From Leptonemataceae bacterium (lineage in GTDB: Bacteria > Spirochaetota > Leptospiria > Leptospirales > Leptonemataceae), in NCBI GenBank assembly GCA_965227295.1, contig OZ245742.1, positions 5,440,001 to 5,504,000 on the forward strand: a DNA stretch of 64,000 nucleotides, given 5' to 3'. The position numbers and the translations under genes are program-made. Shown here one piece after another: positions 19,658 to 29,700 of the stretch (the stretch's first letter is position 1; every line of letters starts with the position of its first letter). A model generated the notes under the pieces. That model saw nothing but the letters and a program-made list of their open reading frames with translations, was not told the DNA's origin and did no database searches.

Positions 19658-21100
19658 ATGTCCGCCGCCGCCGCCGAAGTCGCCACAGATCTCCAGAAGT
19701 TCGAAATGTCCGACGAGATCATCGACTCCTTCCGGGAAAATCAGGAAATCCCCGTTCATTTCTACAATAATACAGGCCAGATCCTGATCTATCGCAAAGA
19801 AGGAATCAGCGAGAACGAGATCAACCGCCTCATGAAGTTCATTGAGCAGGGCATCTACTTCCGCGAGTCCGACCGCGAAAAACTGGGCCTCGATAAACGC
19901 GACATCCCCGACGGCCTCTCCGACACCATCGTCATCGACGAGTCCATGGTGGACGGCCTCGCCGCAGACACTCAGGAAATCTACGATCAAATCAAAGAAT
20001 CATCGCTTACGTCGCTGCACATGAAGAAGATGCGCTCCCGGGTCGGCGAACTCTTCTCGGCCTTCGAGTCCAACCCCGAGGCCATGGTCGGACTGATCGA
20101 GGTCCTGGACCTCATGAAGAACGTGCCCGGCTACGAGGTGGAGATCGCCGTCAAACGCACCGTGGTGGCCATGGCCATGAAAACCCGCGGCATGCAGGCT
20201 CAGCAGTACAAAGAACCGAAACTCCTGGAAGAGATGACCCACGTGCTGATGATGTCCTCCCTCTTTTGCGACATCGGTCTCGCGAAACTACAGGTGCCCC
20301 GGGGCCAGGGCATCGACCTCAAACAACTCGCCCATCTGCGCCAGCATCCGCTGGTATCGTACCTCATGCTCGCCCATTTGCAAATGGACGCGCGCATTAA
20401 ACGCAACATCCTGTGCCAGCACCGTCCGCTGCGCGAAGGTGTGGCCGGGAACAACTTTCCGAAACTGAACTGGCTCATCGAACGCCTCCAGGAGTACGCT
20501 GTGCGTTTCACTAAACTCACCGGCAAAGAACGCATCGCCCTGGACATTCAGGAACAACTGCGCATGCTGCGCGCGGAGATGCCCTACGACGAGGACGCCA
20601 ACATTCTGTCCGTGGCCTCGGAGTTCGCCTCGCTCACCACCGACGTTCCCTGGCGCAAAGCCATGAGCCCGCGCCAGGCCGTACGCACGATCATCGGCAA
20701 TTCGTTCTTCACGCATACGGATCGCATCATGCGCGAGTTCCTCGACTACGTCGCCATTTCCTTATGTGACAATGAGTTGATCTTAGAGGGCGGCGACTTC
20801 GTCATTGTCGCCGTACGCCCGGCCAATCAGCGGACTTACTTCGAGGCCTGCCGCATCAACTACGTGGATCGTTTTCAGAGCACGCCCACGGTGCAACGCG
20901 TCGCCTCGGTCACACCGAAGATCGACAAAATCCCGCATCTACGCCTGGCCGGCTTTCCGCTGGAAGGCGTCAAACCGGCGCGGCCGGCTCACTACGACCT
21001 CGCTCGCGACAACACGCGGACGGTGGCCTTCGTGGTGGACTATGATTTGCATCCGGAATTGCACGAGAAGTTGTATAGAATGGCGGGGCCCTGGCCGTAG
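19658..21100 (+). CDS. Degenerate HD-GYP-like protein (Leptospiraceae c-di-GMP phosphodiesterase-like family)
   Basis: LFCDIG...RQHPLVSY...ILCQHRP...ASEFASLTTDVPWRKAMSP follows HD-GYP spacing with substituted residues. Confidence 0.6.
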   Translation: MSAAAAEVATDLQKFEMSDEIIDSFRENQEIPVHFYNNTGQILIYRKEGISENEINRLMKFIEQGIYFRESDREKLGLDKRDIPDGLSDTIVIDESMVDGLAADTQEIYDQIKESSLTSLHMKKMRSRVGELFSAFESNPEAMVGLIEVLDLMKNVPGYEVEIAVKRTVVAMAMKTRGMQAQQYKEPKLLEEMTHVLMMSSLFCDIGLAKLQVPRGQGIDLKQLAHLRQHPLVSYLMLAHLQMDARIKRNILCQHRPLREGVAGNNFPKLNWLIERLQEYAVRFTKLTGKERIALDIQEQLRMLRAEMPYDEDANILSVASEFASLTTDVPWRKAMSPRQAVRTIIGNSFFTHTDRIMREFLDYVAISLCDNELILEGGDFVIVAVRPANQRTYFEACRINYVDRFQSTPTVQRVASVTPKIDKIPHLRLAGFPLEGVKPARPAHYDLARDNTRTVAFVVDYDLHPELHEKLYRMAGPWP

Positions 21101-21219
21101 CGCTCCGTGTAAAAAAATCCTCTCCCTGACGTTTTTCGACTACTTTCAGCAAGAACCGGTTAGCGCGGTGATTCTCGTGTGTGCTACTCTGCGTGCATCT
21201 AACACACAGGAGTCACCCC

Positions 21220-21646
21220 ATGAAAATCAAGAACAGCATCGTTGTACGGTAAACTGCTTATGAGCCGCGCTTTCGTGCCGGTAATAGAGAAAAACGGCGG
21301 CGGGGCCGTAGCCAACATCCTCACGTTGGTCGCCCTTGCCAGCATGCCGGGCCTGGCCGTCTACAACGCCTCGAAGGCCGCGGCCTGGTCGGCTTCGCTT
21401 TCATTGCGGGCCAGCCTCGCAAACAAACCCGTCACCGTGCACAACGTCTTTCCCGGCGCCGTGGATACGGACATGCTGGCAGGCGTGGAGATGCCGAAGA
21501 CGAGCCCGCAAGATGTGGCGGAGGCTGTCGTGGCCGGCATCGTCGCCGGACATGAGGACATCTTTCCGGATCCCATGGCGGAGTCGATGTATGCGGAGTG
21601 GCGGAAGGATCACAAGGCCGTCGAGAAACAGTTCGCGGCCATGTAA
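21220..21646 (+). pseudogene. Short-chain dehydrogenase/reductase with internal deletion
   Basis: AGGAG RBS then MKIKNSIV(VR*); continues in another frame as LYGKLLMSRAF...YNASKAA...PGAVDTDM. The GxxxGxG cofactor-binding region is absent. Confidence 0.8.
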
Positions 21647-21650
21647 GATT

Positions 21651-21688
21651 GGCCCGTCGGCGCAGAACAACGCTGCGCCGACGGGCCT
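21651..21688. terminator. Hairpin between convergent genes
   Basis: GGCCCGTCGGCGCAG-N8-CTGCGCCGACGGGCC perfect inverted repeat; no U-tract. Confidence 0.55.
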
Positions 21689-21709
21689 CGCTGCATTGTC
21701 GCCGTTGCC

Positions 21710-22468
21710 TCAGCGCACGGCGCGAATTTCGCGATCGTTGCGGGGTTGCAACGGACGCGCGGTGTTCGGATACAGCTTCGTATACGCTTCGATTTGCTCT
21801 TTCGAAAGCGTTACCGGAGATTGCATCACGAACCAGTTTACGCCCTCGCTGCACGGAGGCGTCGTCAGCGAACCGTCATAGTTCCAGTACGACTTGCGGG
21901 CCGGCAACAACGTCGACGGGTCGATGCTGCCGGCCGCCTGAGAGCCGCCGACCTGCTGCGGAAGGTTTTCGATGATGGGAGCGTACGCGCTGCTGGCCGT
22001 GCCGGCATCGATCAACACACCGATGACCGCGAGTTCGCCCGCGTCGGTGGCATGTACAAAGTGGACGTCCATGGGATAGCGCTTGCCCTTCACCGCTTCC
22101 TCGCTCGGCGCATGAAAGTGGAACTGCAGTAGTTTGTAGGTTTTGCCGCCCGTGGTAATGCTGTTGTTTCCGCCGACGTTGACCTGAATGGTCTTGCCGA
22201 TGTTTGCCACGGTGATGGGCGATGCCCCGTAGTTGATCGTAAGATCACCCTTCGCCGCGGTGAACGGCGCTTTGATGTCGATGGGGGACTGTACTTTGCC
22301 TTCAGCGCAGGCCGCATACTTCGCGTCCAGGGAACCCCATTGTTCCGGGCCGGCCGAACCGCCGTAGCTCCATTTGGCGGCGCTGGCACAGGCGACGCCG
22401 CCCGCCAGCACGGCGACCGCAAGCATGAGCCGACCGACTAAGTGTGATTGAATAAACTTTAACGTCAT
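21710..22468 (-). CDS. Alpha-class carbonic anhydrase (exported)
   Basis: WSYGG..GPEQW, QSPIDI, QFHFHAPSE, HFVH, GSLTTPPCSEGVNW, ARPLQP; GGAGGAG RBS. Confidence 0.95.
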   Translation of the reverse strand: MTLKFIQSHLVGRLMLAVAVLAGGVACASAAKWSYGGSAGPEQWGSLDAKYAACAEGKVQSPIDIKAPFTAAKGDLTINYGASPITVANIGKTIQVNVGGNNSITTGGKTYKLLQFHFHAPSEEAVKGKRYPMDVHFVHATDAGELAVIGVLIDAGTASSAYAPIIENLPQQVGGSQAAGSIDPSTLLPARKSYWNYDGSLTTPPCSEGVNWFVMQSPVTLSKEQIEAYTKLYPNTARPLQPRNDREIRAVR

Positions 22469-22635
22469 CGAAAAACTCCTCCGTGTACGTTCGATTAAAT
22501 TCACATAGATATACCCGGAACACCCGGAATCGACCGCCGTTTTTTTGCAATAACGGCAAAAATCCCGGACAGCCGGCACCGCGAATCACGCCGATTCCTT
22601 TTTATATACAGTGAAAATTCCCGCGCCCTCTATAA

Positions 22636-24513
22636 TTAAGAAGAAACCACCGGTGTTCTTGAGCCGGCCCCCGTCCGCTCAGATTCCAGCAGGGGAATGC
22701 GCAGCACAAAGACGCTGCCGCCGCGGATCTTCGTACTGCGCAGGCGGGCCTTAATATTCGCCGACCTCCGCTTAATGCTCGCGAGGCCGCTGCCGGTCGT
22801 ACGGTCCGCGGCGCGAAACGAAAAACCGGGACCGTCGTCCCGGATGACCAGGACACAGGCATTGCGGCGACGGGCCCACTTCACGTGAATCTCGTTCGGC
22901 CGGGCGTGACGCAAAACGTTCGTAATCCATTCCTGAAAAATACGCAACGTATGCAGGCTCTTGCGCCAGCCCAGGCGCTGTCCGAGGCCGCTCTCCAGGT
23001 CGTGGCGGATGTCGATGCGACCGGCGCGCTTCAGCCAGTTTAGATGATTGATCATCTCCTGTTCCAGCATGCCGGCCGGGCTTTCCTCGAGCTTCAGCAA
23101 ATACACCAGGTCACGCATGCGATCGAGGATGTCCCGCAGGCGATCCACCACGGGCTTAAAGACCTGCGCCGTTTCCTGCTCGCCGTCGCCGCGATGGTTG
23201 CTCTCCAGATAAAACAGCAGCGCCGTAAGATCCGACCCGATGGAATCGTGAATGTCCCCGGCAATGCGTTCGCGTTCTTCCGTGAGGCGATGTCGATAGG
23301 CCTGGGCCCGGGCTATGGACGTCTTCATCATGTGACTGTGCAGGACGAGCACGCCCACGACATACAGCGGCGCCGCGTACAGAAACATCTGCGTGCCCTC
23401 GACGACGTGCAGGCGAATCAGGTAGTCCCAGAAGTTGCCGGCTGCCGAAAGCACGGCGGCGGGAAGCATAAAGTGCAGGATGCGACGGTACTCCGGCCGA
23501 CGGCGATACAGATCGGCGAAGATCAACACGACCACGAAGACCACCGCGAAAACAAAGACGTGCACGTAGCGCGCGAGGGTCCAGAGTGCGGCAAAGTCGG
23601 CGACCACAAAGTGCAGCACGGCCGGAATCATACCGGGGCCGAGGAGCAACAGTTCCACGCGAGCGTTGCGTCCCACGAAGAGTCGATAGAAAAACAGCAG
23701 GTTCAGGATGGCCGCGAGATAACCGGCGGCCAGCGTAAGGCGCAATACGCTCAGTCGCGAAAACGGAAGATAGAGTGGAACGTACTGGCCACAGAAAATC
23801 AAAAAGGCCGCCACCGCGAGGGCCACGTAGAAGTACTCGTAACGCAGGATCCCGAGCAATTGCGTCGCGAGAAAGAAGATCAGGACGTAGGCGAGAAAGA
23901 TAGTGGCCCCCGCCGGCAAAAATTCGTATAACAAGCGCTGCCGGTTGTACTCCCGGCTGAGATCTGCATAGTCGCCGAGTAACAGCGGCCCGCGATGTAC
24001 ACCGGCCTTTTCGTCGAGGGACGTAAGGGAAATGTGAATCGTGTTGCGTCCAATGCGCAGCGCGTCGCGCGGGACGGCGTACAATCGCGGCGAGTTCCAG
24101 TACGAAATCGAAACGTCGCCGTTCCATACCGTGCCCGTCCGGCCGACCACCGTGCCGTTCAACCGAAGGACATCCGCGGTCCCGGCGGCCCCGATCAACA
24201 CGGCCGGACGCTCCGGCACGCTGCGTAACTCGAACTCCCGCTCGAACTGCAACTCACCGGCAAAGTCCTGTACGTAGACGTGGAAGTTTTCCGGCAGAGT
24301 ATAAACTTTATCTAAATGATTGTTAGTGCTCGTCCCGTCCCGACGCTCGTCCGCGGAACGCAGAGCCGTGAGCCGCCACGGCCCCGCGAGATCGAGCGCA
24401 TCCGCGGAATCGACGGGCGCACACTGCGCTGCAAAAGCCGAGGCCAGGAAAATCAACACGGCACGTATCCATGCAGAACGCCCGACCCGGGTTTGTCCGC
24501 GCACATCGCTCAT
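22636..24513 (-). CDS. Sensor histidine kinase (sugar-binding-like periplasmic domain, multiple TM helices, HisKA_3)
   Basis: ERERIAGDIHDSIG, QEWITNVLRHA, DDGPGF, GSGLASI; N-terminal jelly-roll-like DLAGPW...LNGTVVGRTG. Confidence 0.9.
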   Translation of the reverse strand: MSDVRGQTRVGRSAWIRAVLIFLASAFAAQCAPVDSADALDLAGPWRLTALRSADERRDGTSTNNHLDKVYTLPENFHVYVQDFAGELQFEREFELRSVPERPAVLIGAAGTADVLRLNGTVVGRTGTVWNGDVSISYWNSPRLYAVPRDALRIGRNTIHISLTSLDEKAGVHRGPLLLGDYADLSREYNRQRLLYEFLPAGATIFLAYVLIFFLATQLLGILRYEYFYVALAVAAFLIFCGQYVPLYLPFSRLSVLRLTLAAGYLAAILNLLFFYRLFVGRNARVELLLLGPGMIPAVLHFVVADFAALWTLARYVHVFVFAVVFVVVLIFADLYRRRPEYRRILHFMLPAAVLSAAGNFWDYLIRLHVVEGTQMFLYAAPLYVVGVLVLHSHMMKTSIARAQAYRHRLTEERERIAGDIHDSIGSDLTALLFYLESNHRGDGEQETAQVFKPVVDRLRDILDRMRDLVYLLKLEESPAGMLEQEMINHLNWLKRAGRIDIRHDLESGLGQRLGWRKSLHTLRIFQEWITNVLRHARPNEIHVKWARRRNACVLVIRDDGPGFSFRAADRTTGSGLASIKRRSANIKARLRSTKIRGGSVFVLRIPLLESERTGAGSRTPVVSS

Positions 24514-25154
24514 AGATCGATCAGGCCGCTCCGATGCCCCTCGCGAATCGCCTGGGAACGCGAGTGCACGTCGAGTTTCTTGTAAATGTTTTCGATGTGC
24601 CGGCGCACGGTATGCACGCTGATCTTGAGTTCTTCGGCGATCTCCGGCGCGGAGAATCCCATGGCGGTTAGATTCAGAATCTCACGTTCACGATTCGTGA
24701 GCGCCGGGGAAACCCGGGCGGTGTCCGCGGTATCGTGGCCGGCAATCTTGCGGGCGACTCGCGGAGTCAGCGACGCCCCGCCCAGATGGATGACCCGAAG
24801 CTCCGCCAGAAAGAGGTCCGGCGGCGTGTCTTTGAGCATGTACCCGTCCGCCCCGGCCCGCAGCGCGGCGAGGATCATTTCTTCGTCTTCGTACACGGTA
24901 AACGCGGCGATCTTACGTTCCGGTTGCTGCTGCTTCAGTAAACGAATGCACTCCGCCCCCGGCCGATCCGGCAGGTTCAGGTCCATTAAGACGAGATCGA
25001 CGGCGAGTCCCGGAATACTTTCCAGGGCCCGGCCACCGTCCCGAAAGTGGCCGGCAAAGTGAAAGCCCGGAGCGCGTTCGAGCAGATCACGCACCTGCTC
25101 GGCCATCGCTTCATTGTCCTCCACGAAGACGACGCTGATGCCGGGATCGGACAT
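24510..25154 (-). CDS. NarL/LuxR-family response regulator
   Basis: VVFVED, DLVLMDLNLPD, AGADGYMLKD, LTNREREIL...TVRRHIENIYKKLDV. Confidence 0.95.
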   Translation of the reverse strand: MSDPGISVVFVEDNEAMAEQVRDLLERAPGFHFAGHFRDGGRALESIPGLAVDLVLMDLNLPDRPGAECIRLLKQQQPERKIAAFTVYEDEEMILAALRAGADGYMLKDTPPDLFLAELRVIHLGGASLTPRVARKIAGHDTADTARVSPALTNREREILNLTAMGFSAPEIAEELKISVHTVRRHIENIYKKLDVHSRSQAIREGHRSGLIDL

Positions 25155-25272
25155 GGTCTAAGGAAGCCGGTCGTGCCGGTACAGAGCAACGCAAAAACGC
25201 CGGCTTGCTCCGGTATAATTCCGCTTGTCGCCGGACACGGGCAGGATCTTCTTAGAGATCATGCAAGCCATC

Positions 25273-26436
25273 ATGTCGCGCGTCCTCGCAACCAGTCTCG
25301 TTTTTTCACTGATCCTCCTGCTTCCGCACTGCAATAACGTGGAAGAATCCCAGCCCCTCCAGCGCATCTACTCCGACGCCGTCGATCGTTCCGTGGAAAA
25401 CGCCCTGCGCACGCTCATCGTGGACGCGGCCGCCATCGCGGATCCGTACTACTTCAATCGCTGTCCGGTCAGCGCCGCCCCGTACACCGGTCCGGTATCA
25501 CCGATCTCTTTCGGCTACGGTTCTTTGAATACCGGCTTCCGCGTGGCCTCGTACTCCGTAACCAACCCGACGACCTCGCTGCCCACCTGCGTCTACGTAT
25601 CCACGAACACGACGGAATCCTCGCCGGTCATCGTACTCATTCACGGCTTCGGCTCACCGTCCGCGGAACCCTACTTCGAACTCATTCAGTTCATGACGTC
25701 CCTGGGATACGTCGTGGTGTTTCCGATCTATCCCGACAACGCCACTTCGGTTTCGGCGGGGTACATCATCATGGAGGCCGGCATTGACGCCGCCATCAGC
25801 GCGGTGGGCAGCCTGGCGGATACCTCCCGCGTCGGATTCATGGGCCACTCCCTGGGTGCCGGCGCGCTCCCGGCCATCGCTTACAACAAACTCGTGGAAC
25901 AGGGCTGGGGCACCAACGGCAACTTCATCTACATGATGGCTCCGTGGTACAGCTACGACATCAGCAATGCGGAGCTGGCATCCTTCCCGACGAACACCAA
26001 TTTACTGATGCAGGTCTACCAGCACGACACCGTCACCGACCATCGCATGGCCATCGACATCTTTAACAACATCAACGTGCCCGCCGAAGACAAAGACTAC
26101 GTCACCATCTTCTCCGACGCGTCCTCCGGCTACAATTACAACGCCGATCACTACGTGCCCATCAAGTACGTGCCCACGGGCATCGGCAACTACGACGCCC
26201 ACGATTTCTACGGCGTCTTCCGGCTCACCGAAGCCCTGGCCGATTATACCTTCACCGGCAACGGCGCCGGTTACAACATCGCTCTCGGCAACGGCAACAG
26301 CGAGCAAACCTTCATGGGCACCTACGCCGACGGCTCCGAGGTCACGCGCATGGGCGTCACCGATTCTCCGTCTCCGCTGTTCGATGAGAGCTTTTATTCG
26401 CAGCCGTTCAGCGGGTCTTTGAATCCGCGAAGATAA
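25273..26436 (+). CDS. Alpha/beta-hydrolase lipoprotein (chlorophyllase/cutinase-like)
   Basis: Lipoprotein-like signal LILLLPHC, PVIVLIHGF, GFMGHSLGAG nucleophile elbow, later candidate D (HDTVTD) and H (ADHYVP). Confidence 0.8.
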   Translation: MSRVLATSLVFSLILLLPHCNNVEESQPLQRIYSDAVDRSVENALRTLIVDAAAIADPYYFNRCPVSAAPYTGPVSPISFGYGSLNTGFRVASYSVTNPTTSLPTCVYVSTNTTESSPVIVLIHGFGSPSAEPYFELIQFMTSLGYVVVFPIYPDNATSVSAGYIIMEAGIDAAISAVGSLADTSRVGFMGHSLGAGALPAIAYNKLVEQGWGTNGNFIYMMAPWYSYDISNAELASFPTNTNLLMQVYQHDTVTDHRMAIDIFNNINVPAEDKDYVTIFSDASSGYNYNADHYVPIKYVPTGIGNYDAHDFYGVFRLTEALADYTFTGNGAGYNIALGNGNSEQTFMGTYADGSEVTRMGVTDSPSPLFDESFYSQPFSGSLNPRR

Positions 26437-26483
26437 TATTTCAGAGAACAAAAATTACACGTTAGATCATTCACGATCTATTC

Positions 26484-26591
26484 GGGCGCCTCGCCGCGGA
26501 GCGGCGACCGGGCTTTCCAGGGCTCCGCTTCGCTGCGGTCCCCGCTGCGCGGCGACTTGCGCTGACGCGCAACCCTTCCAATCCCTGGCGC
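26484..26591 (+). repeat. Structured intergenic repeat, family A, copy 3
   Basis: GGGCGCCTCGCCGC...GCGGCGACCGGGCTTTCCAGGGCTCCGCTTCGCTGCGGTCC...CCCTTCCAATCCCTGGCGC. Confidence 0.85.
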
Positions 26592-26638
26592 AAAAAGACG
26601 CCCCGTGCACAAGCTTACGCACCCGGCTCTTCCGTTGA

Positions 26639-26663
26639 TTAATCTTACATAACATAAGATTAA
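26639..26663. promoter_or_regulatory. Putative operator upstream of the fibre gene
   Basis: Perfect inverted repeat TTAATCTTA-N7-TAAGATTAA. Confidence 0.55.
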
Positions 26664-26760
26664 CAATTCTGCTTGCAGAAATCCTCGCCTTCCACTAAAC
26701 GTCCGCGGTTCCGCGTGCGCCGTGCGCATGCTTCACAATCCTCAAGGGCCCGGTAACATA

Positions 26761-29700
26761 ATGAAAACCGACATTAGCCGCGAAAATTTTCGCGCCGATC
26801 GCAACTACGATTCCGTGCGCCTTCAGCAGGGGCGCATCATCACCGATGCCGACTGGAACGAGCAGGCGGACATCCACAACCATCTCCGCGAGAATATAAG
26901 CCGCAGTGTCGTCGGCCCCACGGGAGCCCCGCGCGAAAACGCGGGTTTTGCCGTCAGTGCCGGCAGCGGTGACTTGAACATCGGCGCCGGCCGCATGTAC
27001 GTAAACGGCGTACCGTGCGAACTCGGTGCGCCGGAAAACTATCTCGGGCAGAGCGACCTGCCCGGCGCGCCGGCGCCCGCGGCGGACGGCCCGTACCTCG
27101 TTTACCTCGACGTCTGGAAACGCGCGGTCACGCCCCTGGACGCGCCCGACATCCGCGAACCGGCCCTGGGCGGACCGAACGCGTCGTTTCGATCGCGCAT
27201 TCTGCATCAGGTAAAACTCCTATCCCTCGCCGGCGACACCTACGACGCCCGCAGCATCCCGCCGGAATGGACCGCACTCTTAACATCATCTCACGGAAGA
27301 TTAAACGCACGCACCGCGGCCGACGGCCTTACCGCCGACCCGTGTACCATCGGCGCACGCGGGGGCTACAACGGCGCGGACAATCGCCTGTATCGCGTGG
27401 AGATTCATCGCGGCGGACCGGCCGGCACCGCCACATTCAAGTGGTCCCGGGACAACGCGGCCTTTGCCGCGGAATGGTCGGCCCTGGACGGCGGCAGCGT
27501 TCTCACGATCAGCAATGCCGGGCGGGACGCGGACCAGGCGTTTGCGGCCGGCGACTGGATCGAGATTACGGACGAAGGCCTGGAACTCGAAGAAAGCCCC
27601 GGCACCCTCGCCCGCCTCACGGCCGTGCAGGGAAATTCCCTAACAATCGATCCGGATACATTAAGGCACTTCGACGGAGCCGGCGGGCCGAACTCCCCCG
27701 GCGGTCGCGCCCTGGATCCGGCCGAGTTTCAACGCGGCGTACGACGCGTTCGGCGCTGGGATATGGTCGGCGCCGCGGGGGACATTGTTACACCGGCGGC
27801 CGACGTGGATCCCGACGCGGCCTGGGTGGAACTGGAAAGCGGCGTGCAGATTCGTTTCGATGACGACGCCGGGCGCACCTATCGCAGCGGCGAGTACTGG
27901 TTGATTCCCGCGCGGGTACAAAACCGTAACATCGAATGGCCGCACGACGAAACCGGCGCCGGACTGTTCACCGAGGCCTTCGGCCCGCGCCACCAGTACG
28001 CCCGCCTCGCCTTCGCGAATTCCACCGCCGGCACCTGGAGCATCATTGCCGACGCGCGGCGCATCTTTCCGTCACTAACTGACGCAAAGATGCAGTTTGC
28101 CGGCGGCGACGGCCAGTCCATCCTGCCGAACGCGGAACTCGATCAACCCCTCTGCGTCCGGATAAGCTCCGGCGAGCAACCCGTGCCCGCCGCCCGGGTG
28201 AGCTTTCGTATCGCCAGCGGCGGCGGTGATCTCGTCGATGCAACGGATGCGGGCAACAGCGGCAGCACGGTCCTCGTACGCGCGGACGCGAGCGGCCTCG
28301 CCGCCGTACGCTGGACCACGGGTAGCGATCGCAACGATCAGTCCGTCGACGCGCAGTTGCTCGACGAGGATGGTTCTCCCGTCTCCGGGGCGGTGCTGAA
28401 ATTTTTTGCGCACAAGGGCGCCGCCGGCGTCGTAGAGTACACGCCGCCGATCCTCACATCGCCGGGTGGTGACGATCTCATGCTGGGTGTGGAGACCGTG
28501 CAGGACGGACTGGATCGCCTGGCGGACATCAAGGTCAACAAGGCCGGCGACACTATGACCGGCCCGCTCACGATTTCGAGCGACCTCGAGGTCACCGGCA
28601 ACTTCACCGTCCGCGGCGACGTCATCGCCCGCGACACGGACCACATGCCCGGCGACGTCCTGCTCGGCGATCAGGACGAAGACACGATCACCATCCACGG
28701 CACGCTGCAATCCGAACACAGCAGCGGTGCGCTGGTGATCGACGACGCCCTGCGCGTGCATACCACCGACGGCAGCGACGTCCCCTTCGAGGTCCGTGCG
28801 CCGGTCTCCGGACTCGCCGGCCGCACGTATCGCCGGCCCATCGGCATCGACAACGGCTCCGGCGGCGCCTTAAATGATTATCAGTTATTATTAACGATCG
28901 ACACCGCCGCAATCATCGCCGCGGGCAAGATGCGCGCGGATTGCGGCGACGTGTTGTTTACCGACGCCGCGGGTGTGCCGCTTTCGTACTGGCTGGAATC
29001 CGGGGCGAATACGAATGCCACGCGCTTCTGGGTGCGTGTACCGAGCATCGGCGCCGCGGCCTCCGAAACGATCTACATCTACTACGGCAATCCGAACGCC
29101 ACGTCGCAAAGTTCCGCTCAGAATACCTTTATCCGTGAAATCGGCGGCGTGCAGGGGGCCTGGAAGTTCGAGGAGGGTGTGGGACCGAACATCGTCGACT
29201 ACTCCGGCAACGGCCGCAACGGCACGGTCCAGGGCATGGCTCCGTTTTGGGTGAGCGGCGGCGGGCCGTTCTACGACGCAATGAACTTCAACGGCACGAA
29301 TCATGCCGTCGCCCTGCCCGCGGGGAACCTCATCGGCACCGGCAACGATCCGTTCACGACGTCGTTCTGGTTTTATCCGACACAGACCGTGGCCGGCCAC
29401 GGCCAGTACGGATTCACCCGCTGGAGCCAGGACAGTCAGTTTTTAATTGGAGCATTCAATCTCACGGGGCCGACACAGTTGTTCTGGGGCTTTCGCGGCG
29501 CGAGTCACATCACCCTGGACTGGGATGATTCCGCGGTACTGAACACCTGGATGCACTTCGCGTTGATCTATAACGGCGGCAGCAAAGGATCCCCCGGCTC
29601 GTACGAGCTCTACCTGAACGGCGTCGCGCAGGGCGGAATTTCCACTTACAGCATCGTCGGCGGTTCGTGCAACAACAACGGCATCGGCAGCGACGGCCCG

